DNA of 64,000 nucleotides, from NCBI GenBank assembly GCA_002633005.1, contig NMRA01000001.1, forward strand, positions 1,583,755 through 1,647,754, in the 5' to 3' direction. The notes beneath the pieces were generated by a model, which saw only the letters and a list, made by a program, of their open reading frames with translations, was not told where the DNA came from and did not search any database. A program made the position numbers and the translations under genes. Below, piece after piece: positions 40,662-52,436 of the stretch. Each line of letters starts with the position of its first letter. The stretch's first letter is position 1. Origin of the DNA: Phoronis australis (Eukaryota > Animalia > Phoronida).

Positions 40662-41160
40662 AAACAGGGACCTGAGTCACGACGGTGATAGCAGGTCATA
40701 TAGACTGACGGAGCGCAATGTTATCTGAGGCCAAAGGCCTTCAATACACTATTAGGTTCATAAATAGCAACATTAAAAATGGAAAAGTATTGCTGTTTTC
40801 TTAATGGAAGCATATATCCCAAATTTCAAAAAAAATACATTGCCACTAGGGAGCGCAGCTGAAGTTAAAATGATCTGAAACTCGTCGTCATTAATTGCCA
40901 TCTCCATAGGAACACATTTGCCAAATTCTACTAAGATCCTGTAAAGGGTTAGGTAGATACAGACATGGAAGCAAACTTAATCTGCCAAATTTACTGAAAA
41001 TCTATCAAGGAACTCTGAAGATAAAGAGGCAAACGCAAGAAAATTAAATTGTCACCAGGGGGCACAACAATAGTCGGACCACGCCGAAACTTGTCAGGTC
41101 CATAAGAACACATCTGCCAAATATCATTAAATCCTACCAGGGGTTTATGAGGCGGTCAAA
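40662..41160 (-). mobile_element. Degenerate relative of the HINE
   Basis: Shares TGCCACTAGG.., GAAGATA.AGAGGCAAACG.AA..AAATTG.CAC.AGGGGGCA and TGCCAAAT motifs with the 42-44 kb array; hairpin-like end GACCTG..CAGGTC. Confidence 0.55.
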
Positions 41161-42029
41161 AAAATTTAATGAAATTTCCAGGATAAGCCGAAAATGGGCT
41201 AAGGTCCATTGAGTTTGATTTTGGTTATGAAGCTTTGTTACATCGCCAAATAACACCTTCTTTATAAACAATTATTCAATTTAACAATATAAGACAATGG
41301 ATAAGCAACATTTAGTTACACTACCGGATACTGTTGACATACCGAAACACATGCACTTGTTTCACAACATGGAACACGGGCAAAGTCAACTTAAAGTTTA
41401 TGGAATGATATATTTTATCAAAAAGCATTCAGCTGTAATCAGATTATGAAGGGAGCTGCAATATGGCTCGAAAGAGGACTGCACTCAGCGAGAGATTTCT
41501 GCAATTATCTTTCTATCATGACAATTTGTAATATTTTTCACATTGAAATTCATGAAGCATTGTTCACTTGTTCTGTTCTGTTCTGTTCAGTACATTCTTG
41601 CAGCATAGGTCTGCGCGAAGCATAATGTAGACACGACATAAGGCAACTTTGAGACATGCAACCAAATGCAAAAGATCTTTGGCCCATTAAACCAAAGGTC
41701 GCAAGTCGAGTACGGTAAAATCTCACCAATTAAGGACACAGCATGGCCGACAAGTGAAATTTTGTTTCGTCATTTTTCCAAGAAAGACACGAAGTGTAGC
41801 ACCAAATTAAATGATTTTCCATGTTCAAATTTTGTACCACTACTACCATCAAACAAAGTTTTGAAAATTTGTAGCCGTTCACAACAAGGTTAGAAGCCCT
41901 TGAAAAATGAAACTCATTCCAAGATGGACATAGGCACATTGTTGTAAATGTAACGTTGCAATTTTAGAAGAGCGAATAGATGATGTGGCAACAGACATAA
42001 ATACTTCATGACTACTGACTAAACTGCAT

Positions 42030-44005
42030 AACAAGAGCAACGCAGAGCGTTGAAATGCGCCCACAATTGCACCGTATACGATATCCTTCTAGGGTTGTTT
42101 ATTGGTACCATAAAGTGGCCAGTAGAGGGCATATATGTAGTATGTTGTACTTTGCAAAATGGAAAGGCATGGTCATTGTCTCCTCAATAGGCTAGGTTTC
42201 AAAATGTGAGAATCTTCAGAATACAAGCACATCCTATGCATCAGTTGCTTAAAGCACCACAGAAACATAGAATTAAAAACAAATTTACCAACATACGAGA
42301 TTAGCACAGCATTAGAATGCCAGAAACAAATTTCTACTTGGAACTTTTCCTTCATAGTCACGAAGTAACACAAAGTATACACCTGAAGACCTATGAAAAT
42401 ACAGAGGTCAATGTAAAATACTAAAATTGTCACTAGAGGCATACCGGTAGTCAGAATCATCCTAAAGTCGTCATCGTCCGTTGTCAACATCACATAAATA
42501 CACTTGCTAAATTTAGTAAAGATCCTGCAAACGGTTTGGGAGATACAGCCATGGGCGCAAAAAAAAAACTGCCACTAGGAGGCTCCACAGTAATCAAAGT
42601 CATGGGAAATTCAGCGTCAACCGTCCTCTTCAAAGTAAGAACATACATGCCAATTTTCACAATCATACTTAGAGCGGTTTGGTTGATAGAGTGGTGGACG
42701 CCAAAAAACAGACTCAAAAACAGTAAAAATGGCCACTGGGAGTCACAAACTAGGTCGAATCCATCCGAAAACGGGAGAATAGCGTCATCGCACTAATAGG
42801 TGCCTGCATACCAAATTTCATGAAAATCCGTTTAGGACTTGTGAAGATACAGAGGCAAACGTAAAAAAATAAAATTGCCACTAGGGGGCATACTGGTAGG
42901 CGGATCCGTTCAAAAGTCGTCATCGTCTGTTGTTAACATCATATAATTACACTTATTAAATTTCGTAAAGATCCTGCGAACGGTTTAGGAGATACAGCCA
43001 TAGGCGCAAAAAAAAAACTGCCACTAGGAGGCGCCACAGTATTCCAAATCGTCTGAAAATCATTGTCAGCTGTCTTCTTTATAGTAAGCACATACATGCC
43101 AATTTTCACAACCATCCTTTGAGCGGTTTGGTTGATAGAGGGGTGGACGCAAAAATACAGACTTGAAAACAGTAAAAATGGCCACTAGGTGGCGCAAACT
43201 ATGTCGAATCCATCTGAAAACGGGAGGGTAGCGTCATCTTATTAATAGGTGCTTACATACCACATTTCATGAAAATCCGTTCAGGACTTTTGAAGATACA
43301 AAGGTAAGCGTAAAAAACTAAAATTGCCACTAGGGGGCACACCGGTAGTTGGATCCGTCCAAAAGTCGTCATGTTCTGTTGTTAACATTATATAAATATA
43401 CTTACACAATTTCGTAAATATCCTGCGAACGGTTTAGGAGATACAGCGATAGGCAAAAAAAAAAACTGCCACTAGGAGGCGCCACAGTAGTCGAAATCGT
43501 CGGAAAATCATCGTCAACCGTCCTCTACATAGTAAGCATATACATGCCAATTTTCACAATCATCCTTTGAGCGGTTTGGTTGATAGAGGGGTTGACGCAC
43601 AAAAACACACTCGAAAACACTAAAAATGGCCACTAGGTGGCGCAAACTGTCAAATCCATCTGAAAACGAGAGGATAGCGTCATCTCACTAATAAGTGCCT
43701 ACATACCAAATTTCATGAAAATCCGTTCAGGACTTTTGAAGATACAAAGGTAAGCGTAAAAAACTAAAATTGCCACTTGGGGGCACACCGGTAGTCGGAT
43801 CCATACGAAAGTTCGCACATGCCGTCCCATACATAAATGGAACATATGTGCCAAATTTCATGAACATATGTCAAAGGGTTTTGGAGATAGAGCAGTGGAC
43901 GCCGGACGCCAGACACCGGATGCCGGACGGACGCCGCCCGTACGGACGGACGAACGGAGATGACGGCATAATGCGTCCACATATAAATATGTGGGCGTAT
44001 AAAAA
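42030..44005 (-). mobile_element. Non-autonomous Helentron/DINE-1-like element (HINE) with central tandem array
   Basis: Minus 5' end TTTTTATACGCCCACATAT..ATATGTGGACGCAT (subTIR plus inverted repeat), GTCC-type microsatellite at about 43900-43955, central repeats, and 3' subTIR GTGGGCGCAT followed by stem-loop CAACGC-TCT-GCGTTG and CTCTTGTT. Confidence 0.8.
42390..43865. repeat. Tandem array, about 448-bp unit x3.3, each unit made of three ~143-161-bp related monomers
   Basis: Anchor motifs recur at 42877/43326/43772, 42571/43020/43468 and 42732/43181/43629. Confidence 0.9.
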
Positions 44006-44931
44006 TTAAAACCAATATAAGGTTGGTCTTAGATAATACCAGAATTACGACCTTTGACAAAACTGGCCCCTGTTGCAGAGGCTGGAAGACGACAAACAAG
44101 GCAGCTTCTGATAAAGTGCTTAGAGCATCGTTTCAGCAGATTATGTAGCAAAGCGTCAGAATTTCAGCATGTTGAAATAAACATAAACACATGCAGAAAA
44201 TTTAACATAAAATTATACACTACCATAGTTCACAAATCTGGACACTAGAAGATATTGTAAATCTACTATAAACAATAACGCATTAATTAATTAATTAATG
44301 AGTACAAGTGCTGAAGATTTAGACCACTTCCCCTTATGCAAATCCGTCTAAAATTGTTCCTTGGCCAAAGTGGAGGTAATTTTATGGCTTCAAAAGAACT
44401 GACAGAGACCAGACTTATAAGCAGACTTATCATGGCATGTCATTTTATTTGGCTAAACACGGTTTCATGCTCTCAGTTCTTTGAAAACCCAGACATCATT
44501 TATGGTCTGAGAAAGAAAAAAATTTGGACTCAATTTTATAGTGGTAAGTGGCCTAAATCTTTTAGACAGAACACAGGCTTAACCTTAAAAGCAAACAAGT
44601 AGAAATGTACAAAGTTTATTTGCTGGGCCCCTGGCCTCAAGATAAGAATAGTGATTAAACCTCTGGCGTCACTTTTTTCATTTTTACCAATATAAGCCCT
44701 TCTAGGGTTGTATAGTACCAAGTAGCAGAATAGGGGGCATCTCAAAATTGAGAACCAGCAAATGGTTTTACTTTGGATAAACGGTGTCTCTCGTATTCCA
44801 CGAAGTTTGTTTTGCAATGCACAGAAATGTAATGCAGTTAATGACTTCTTAATTATTCCAGAAAACAAAAATTTTTGAGATCCATCTTAGATATCAAGGA
44901 TTTTTCAACAATGCCGAAGTGTAAAGACCTA

Positions 44932-45066
44932 TAGCAACCAACAGGAGTGTTTCTGTGTTGCCCACAGTGGCAATTGTAGCAACCAACAGGAGTGTTTCTG
45001 TGTTGCCCACAGTGGCAATTGTAGCAACCGACAGGAGTGTTTCTGTGTTGCCCACAGTGGCAATTG
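44932..45066. repeat. 45-bp tandem repeat x3
   Basis: TAGCAACC(A/G)ACAGGAGTGTTTCTGTGTTGCCCACAGTGGCAATTG. Confidence 0.95.
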
Positions 45067-45367
45067 TGTTCAGTTTGAACAAAGAATTAATAGCTGAATG
45101 AAAAATGTTTTATTGTGGAGTATGCGCATGCTATGAATCATCTCTATCGAGTTTGAAGAATCTGTTTTTCTGCAACTAGTACCACCTGTAGGAATTTTTA
45201 GCACCTCCTTTGCCTTTTAAGATACATTTCAGGATTCCTGGAGTATGTAAGATTCCATTCTGGTGTTCCAAATGCAAGTTTGTGGGCATTTTGAGGAAAA
45301 CCCTATAAATGATTCGATGACCCCAATATGAGAGGTCGAGTTCATGCTTCACGTTAAGATTACTCAC

Positions 45368-45474
45368 CGAGTTAGTTCTTGAATGTCCGTCTGCGAAGGG
45401 ACACTTCCCAGGAGGCGTGGGGCCAATTCATCTACCACGTGGGGACTTTGAAATTTATTTTTCTTCTGATGCGG
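45368..45474 (-). CDS. Unknown gene, coding exon (PHQKKNKFQSPH...QTDIQELT+R)
   Basis: GACTTTCCAG| acceptor, CG|GTGAGT donor, 107 nt, phase 0-2, matching the entry phase of the next exon. Confidence 0.8.
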
Positions 45475-45559
45475 CTGGAAAGTCAAATGAACAAGATAAA
45501 CAAATTATTGAGCAGCAAGAGACCTACGAAGGTTGGAGAGATATTGTTGTAGTGTGATT

Positions 45560-45675
45560 TCGAGATGTAGCAGTGGACGCCCTCTTTGGACAGACAAGGA
45601 TGATGGCATAATACACCCTAATATATCTCTGTGTGTGAGTGTGTGTGTTGTGTGCGGTGTGCGTATATAAAAATT
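45560..45675 (-). mobile_element. Fragment of the HINE 5' end
   Basis: GAGAT.TAGCAGTGGACGCC...GATGA.GGCATAAT...GCGTATA(TA)AAAA resembles 43883-44005. Confidence 0.5.
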
Positions 45676-46181
45676 AGGAAAGCTATATTACCCTTTCAAA
45701 AAGCTTTAAAATGTAATAATTCACACTAAAGTATTTTAATGGTGGCATTTAATGTGGATTTAAAGATGCGGAATCTTTAATTTTTTACTTTGTTGATTGG
45801 TTTTCAATTGTTTGGACTTGAAACTAGACAAGACTTAACCATATTTTCCACAAACACTTAGCAGTCAATGGTATTTTGATTACCAATGTTTCAGACTTTT
45901 TTGGGGACACCAATTAAATTTCTCCGTGATTATCGCATGCCTTGGAGACTTATGAACCCGAATCAAAGATTATGATGTTTCAAATGTATAACATACAAAA
46001 AATAAGTTTCATTTGAAGTTTAACCATCTTATGCACCATACTCAGGTCCAGCAACTCTACGCAAAGGACAATGTTGTTATAAAGGTTCAATTGTCAAGTG
46101 CACTTTGCACTACTTTTGGAATGTCATGTGCAATTAGATTTTGAAGATAATCAAATCAGGAAGACAAAATATTCTTTGTAC

Positions 46182-46271
46182 CTTGAGAGGATTGCCTAGC
46201 AACCCTGTCCGCCTTTCCTCAATGGACTTGAGCGTCTCTTCTTTTTGAGATCTCAGGTTTTCCACCATCTT
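46182..46271 (-). CDS. Unknown gene, coding exon (KMVENLRSQKEETLKSIEERRTGLLGNPLK)
   Basis: TTGTAG| acceptor, AAG|GTACAA donor, 90 nt, phase 0-0, charged helix-like peptide. Confidence 0.7.
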
Positions 46272-47545
46272 CTACAATTTTTTAACAGGAATTTCAACAT
46301 GGCTTATGAACATAAACTAGTAATGTATGCAATAGCGTATTAGAAATCATGCCACAACTGTGCATTTATTATAACACCTAATGCCGCAAATGAACCAGTT
46401 CAGCCTCGCCATTTTCAGAGTGATGAATTTTTTGAATAATTTAAAAAAACAAAACTTCTTTTCAAGGACTGTGATTGTACAATGCAGAGTTTTAAGGATT
46501 TTATTCATATCCGTTGAGCCAAGAATTCCTTTGCTGGAATGAATCAAAATACATAAACTTCCTGTTGCAACGGAATATCATCCGAGATCACACCATTGAA
46601 TGTTGAGAGGTGATCAACTTTGTTCTCGATTCAGAAAAAAATGGTCTATGAAGTTATTTATCAACTTTATGTAGCTACCACACACAAAGATGCATGCACA
46701 CAGTTAGTAAACAGCATTGTTACGCTACGACAAGTCACATATATTTGACATTAGGGTTGCGCTCACTAATAGTCAGTCATTTACGAGATATATGGCTTGG
46801 CTTAAGCAAAAGAAACAGAGCGTTGTAAGTTTTACTTATTAATTTATGCCATATTTCATCATTCGCAGTCGCAAAACAATAATCCATCTAATTTGTTTAC
46901 AAAATTGTAGATGTTGTTTTTGTCAGTTGATTGTAACGAGGTAATACATCCTTCAAAATGTTGCAAAATGACAGCCAGGTAAGGAGCCATTTCGATTGGA
47001 AAAGTTATGCGCTTCAAGAAACAGACCAGCGCCATCTTGGATTACACAACTACATTGCTGAACAATCTCAGCAAACTACAGGCAAAAGTGAACGCATCCC
47101 ACCTAGGTTATTAAATACATTGCAAACTCAAACACACTCTTCTTTAGTTTTAGACACTTCAACATCACAACAACCCACTCGATGAACAATAAACTATAAA
47201 CTAACAGAAGTAAGAATTATTCAAGTCTTCTTACACACCACATCTTGCTACATGAGATGAGACCAACATGTGGAGGGTAAGAAGATTAATAATTCATACT
47301 TACACCATGTCAACGCAACGATTTATAACGACGTTATTATAAACTATAAATGATCAATGAAAGCAATTTTGGAATAAAAAGAAAAATAAATAAAGATGGT
47401 AGGACATGGTCCCTTTTTGATAGCATCAACAAATTAAAAAATCTTGCAAATTAGGAGATTGATCAAAGCTTTTAGTGCATACATAAAAAAACTGAATGAA
47501 TCGAATTTGACGAATGACTTTGGAGTTTCTTTATGACAACATTAA

Positions 47546-47891
47546 GGTTATCTAAGACCTTAATAAATGACCTCAACTCTTAAGTCAAATATTACAAAAT
47601 GCTTTGTCATCCTAACAATGTTTTTGAGACATAACGTAAAGTTTTCACTTAATAAAGCTTTAGTAAAATCAGATGGGGGGCTATTTTGATATGAATGTAC
47701 CTTTCTTGCAGATGAAAATTCGACTTAAAAATGTTGTCACGTGATTGAATAATAAAGACACAGTAGTAAGAACCATTATGTAGAATTCCTGATCTTTTCT
47801 TTCAGAAACTATAAACCTTTAAAGGTTCACAAAGTATAACTTTTTCGATATTTGGCTTAGAGTTGAGGTCATTTGTTATGGTCCTATAACC
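47546..47891. mobile_element. Kolobok-like MITE
   Basis: TTAA on both sides; imperfect TIR GGTTAT..GACC.TAA.AAATGACCTCAACTCT / AGAGTTGAGGTCATTTGTTATGGTCCTATAACC. Confidence 0.7.
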
Positions 47892-48001
47892 TTAAGATTA
47901 AAGCGAATGCGATATACAAAAAAGACTAATTCACTTTTTAGAAAAACACCTACAAAACAAGGGACTAAGTTATTTTTTAACCAAAATACAATACAGTCAC
48001 T

Positions 48002-48165
48002 TCACATTACTTTCAATGAATTTTGAAAGTAAGAAACAAAGGATGTCAACGTGACAGTATGTAGTATACAGTATATTAAATCACATTACTTTCAATGAAT
48101 TTTGAATGACTAAGAAACAAAAGATGTCAACGTGACAGTATGTAGTATACAGTATATTAAATCAC
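48002..48165. repeat. About 80-bp tandem duplication
   Basis: TCACATTACTTTCAATGAATTTTGAA...CAGTATATTAAA occurs twice. Confidence 0.9.
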
Positions 48166-49708
48166 AACTCAGCCATAACCACCAACACATCTCCAAACTC
48201 AACTTACACTCCTAAACTGGGATTCAAACTAAAAAGAAATAATTCACGTTCTCCAGATTTTCATGAAACATTATGCATTTTAAGACAAAAGCGCATAGAT
48301 CAAAATATTGATCACAACCAACAGTAGCATCTTTATGGAGTGGTCAAAGCTGGCACTTCAAAACAGAGCGATTCGCTCTTCACAGGACAGTTTGTACATG
48401 AGGGTTAGACCATAGTCAATGAGAAGACTTGACAAAGTTCATCAATGCAAGTAATTCTTCATGATTCAACATAAACCTTCCAGCTAATGAAGTCCCATAA
48501 CGTAAACGTAACGTTAATAACACATCATAGACTCAGCTAATCAACAAGACCAGGCATGACACTCCTGGGGGTACTGGACAATATTTTTTTACTATATTTT
48601 TGACGGGTGCAGCTGGAACACTAGGATGCTCCACCACATGTAAGGTTCTGTTCTCAGAAGCACCACCCTTATGATGGTAAGTCAAACACTTTTGCAAGGA
48701 TTAGAGACTAGTTTTCTGCAATAACGGGGAAAAGGACAGACATCTTGGAACCTGACTACTTTCACAGAAATAGAGATTTTGAACAGAATTGACATATTTC
48801 AGTAGTAGATATCATATTTAAAATCATGAAAAATGTAAGAGTATAACTAAATTATTATAACATAATTTATTACTTTTAACAAATAAAATGGAATATCACA
48901 ATTTACAAAAAAGAAAAAAAAACGTTTGCTTCAACCGATTTCATTGTTTATTCAAATGAAAAACTAAGGTCTCTATGGGATTCTTGAACAACTTTCTTCT
49001 TAACACATTAAGCTCGAAACCCTACAAGAAGTGACGCCCCGCAGTTGTTAAAACTGAGTAATCTTTTGCAACCAAGGTTAACATACACATAATAACAAAA
49101 ACCCTTCAGTAAATTTTTTTGTTGGAAAAGGGACCTTTTTGTAGAGTTTCAAAATGCATCTTTTCATATGGAAAAGGCACCCTTTCCTAGTCATCCACCT
49201 CTTTTATAGGAGTAACCCCCCCCCAGTATGACATGAGATGGTACAAGGACACATGTGTAATGTTAAATCATGCAACATCAACAACTAAGTGCCACATCTA
49301 TAATTAAAACATAAACAGAGACATAAATTTGATACAAGAAAAATACAGCCCTTTGAATTGGAATCTTCAGAACATTTTTTCTATGAAAGAGGACAACATG
49401 CAATGACCACACTGAGAAAATCCAAACGAAGTTGGCAAATAGTCACTACATGTGCGTATTGAACGAAACACGATAGGTAATGAGACAAAAATGTCTGAGG
49501 AAAAAAATTGAAAGGACACGCGATATGCTCTGGCACGCTATTGTAAATGAGCTAAGTTTCTCTTTCATGCAGTTACGAATGTACCTATCAAACCAATTAG
49601 TAAATCCAATCCAAATGCAATGACTGGATAAACAGATGAGTTTTGGGAGGTCGTTAATTAATTACTAATCATATAAAGACTAGGTGACTGTAAGTGTAGA
49701 ATACATAC

Positions 49709-49843
49709 GTAGCGGCGTTGCTCAGTGGGGGTTCTCACTCTCATCGGAATGCCACGACCCCTTGCTAGAGGTGGCACAAGCTTTGCTGACCCACCACTTG
49801 GTGGAGATGCCGTAGCAAGTCTTCGTGGTAACTCGCCATTATC
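49709..49843 (-). CDS. Unknown gene, coding exon (DNGELPRRLA...RTPTEQRRY)
   Basis: TCTCTTGCAG| acceptor, TAC|GTATGT donor, 135 nt, phase 0-0, open and GC-rich. Confidence 0.8.
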
Positions 49844-51842
49844 CTGCAAGAGATGCAATATACTTACAAGTACTTGCCATTTACTGAAAAATCACAGCTA
49901 TTCACTATACATCAGGATTAGAGGGATATTTGGCAAATATCAAATGAAAAACATAAACCACGAGGTACAATTTCTTCAAATTACAACACAATATCTTGGC
50001 AGAACAGTAATTAAAATATTATTTTATCAAAAATTTCAAGAAGAGTAAACAAGTCGGCTGTCATCAACAAACGCACAATGAAATTTTGAACATTTTTGGC
50101 ATTGAACAGTGAGCGTCTGAAAAATGAAAAAATGACAATTGTGAATATTATTTTTGTTCGAATTTGAGGAAACTTTTCCACTGTCCAATCCATGAAACTG
50201 TAAATTTTCCGTCCTCATATTAAGATCGACATACGATCCATCATCTCTAAAATTTGTGACACATGAAACATAGTAATTCTGTTTCAGATTATCATATGTG
50301 AGCCCAGTCTTTTCTTGGCAGTCAAAATGCAACTTCAAAGACTTGAAAACATTGTATTGGATATTTAGACGAACACTAATAATAATTAAAAAGCCACATG
50401 ACGAACAGTGACCTTCGGTAACAAATATAAGATGACTTCATTTACAGCAAATTAATTTCAAATTACCAAGTACAATCGATTTCCCATTTTGAAATCTAGT
50501 AATTATATTTCCATTTTCAGTGGTAACGTACTTCAAAGAGAGATGATAGACTTGCAACACCACAAATCATGCGAGTTCTATTAGACACCCACATTTGACA
50601 CAAACTGAAAATCAAGATCCTGTTGATCATCCGCCAATATTACACTATGCCAGAATTTTACAAAGTGACATTTAGCAAAGTAAAAAGGTATATTTATACC
50701 AAAGCTAGGGTGTAAATAACATTACCAAGTTTGTTACACTAAGTTTTTCCTTAGTTTTTGTTTGTTCGCACTCTACAGGTCGCATTTTTTGCACAAAAAA
50801 TTACACACAACCTCTAGCTCCGGAAAAGCTAGAAGCCTAATGATTTTCATCATGATCGGATTAAAGATGGCAGACATGGTGGCTATTTTGTTTTCGAATT
50901 CAGATTCAAATGCTCACACAGGCCACAATTTTTGATGTACACAGCTGAAAATCAGTACGATTATTGAAACTGACGTTGACAACAAATGTGCTGGAAATCA
51001 TTAAAACTTTATTTTGTCCAATATCTTAACAAAAATATAGATTAAGAAAATTTCAGACTGCTGTTTAAGCTGGGTTTGAAATGTACAGAGGTCACGAAAT
51101 AACAGTAAGTAAAGTTTCTAATATTTGTATTAAAGTAATGAACCTTTGAAAAATAGAAGACAATTTTGGCAATTATTTTTGAGTGATGCAAGTGAAGAAT
51201 TTGGGTCATCAAAACCGAAATAAGATATCACAATGACTTCCAGAACTTTTTCGGACTGATATAGGCTGCCATCGTTTTCAAAACGTAGATACTGACTAAG
51301 GAAGGAAATGAATGCAGACACTTGTATTAGCAGGCACAAGCACTGACCAATCAAACAAGGTAAATAAAGGTATTTACATACAAAACAGCATTAAAGCTAT
51401 TTGTACCCAGTTACCCAATAAGATATGGATGAGCATAGAAATGTCTTGCCTTCCTATGAGCATGCTCCTACGTTGTATACAGCAATATGAAGGATTTTGA
51501 TTTAACTTTTAGGAGGAACTGGAAATTGCCTGAGAATAGAGTTTGAAAATCATCCATGGTGATAGCGACACAACCGGCCACATTTAGAAATGCACAACGT
51601 TGGGAAAATGTATTTTATTTAGTAGATCAACAAATTCTACCTTGGGACTACATAATGCATTTCGAATCTTATTATGGAGAATTGCATTGCCTTGATGAAA
51701 GTATTTACTCTTTTAGTGAGTACTTCTTGGTTAAATCTTTTTGTTCATATGACAATAATAACAGTAACTGTAACTTACAGTAACAGTAATGATAATGATA
51801 ATAATAAAATAATAACAGGATCTGGTGAATTCTGGATTTGTC

Positions 51843-52298
51843 ATTACAGTATCATCACCGACTAACCTTGTCTTCTCTCAATACCAAGGAATACCATATT
51901 ACAGTATCATTACCAACTAACGAATGTCTTCTCTCAATACCAAGGAATACAATATAACAATATCATTACCAACTAACATTGTCTTCTCTCATTATCAAGG
52001 AATACAATATTACAATATTATTACCGACTAATGTTGTCTTCTCTCAGTACCAAGGAATACAATATTACAGTATCATTACCAACTAACATTCTCTTCTCTC
52101 AATACCAAGGAATACAATATTACAGTATCATTACCGAATAACATTGTCTTCTCTCAATACCAAGGAATACAATATTACAGTATCATTACCGACTAACATT
52201 GTCTTCTCTCAATACCAAGGAATACAATATTACAGTATCATTACAGATTAACATTGTATTCTCTCAATACCAAGGAATACAATTTTACAGTATCTTAC
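51843..52298. repeat. 55-bp minisatellite, about 8.3 copies, abutting an exon donor
   Basis: Unit ATTACAGTATCATTACCGACTAACATTGTCTTCTCTCAATACCAAGGAATACAAT. Confidence 0.95.
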
Positions 52299-52436
52299 CA
52301 AGCCCAGGTAGATCCCAGTCATATTTCTTGGCGTCGGTGGTGGCACCTTGCCAGATGAAGCCGACTTAGGATACACTGCAGTAGTCACGCGGGACTGCTC
52401 CCCCGGCTGTGCTATCGGGCTCTGGGTCCCCTTCAT
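52299..52436 (-). CDS. Unknown gene, first coding exon (MKGTQSPIAQ...RNMTGIYLGL); exon starts at 52444
   Basis: Acceptor TTTATTTCCCAG| at 52445; ATG in GCGATGA; donor TTG|GTAAGA; GC-rich relative to flanks; 138 nt, ends phase 0. Confidence 0.8.

Noticed and set aside
51843-52298. CRISPR-like appearance of the tandem arrays (also 44932-45066 and 42390-43865)
   Set aside because: No unique spacers, no cas genes, and a eukaryotic intron context.
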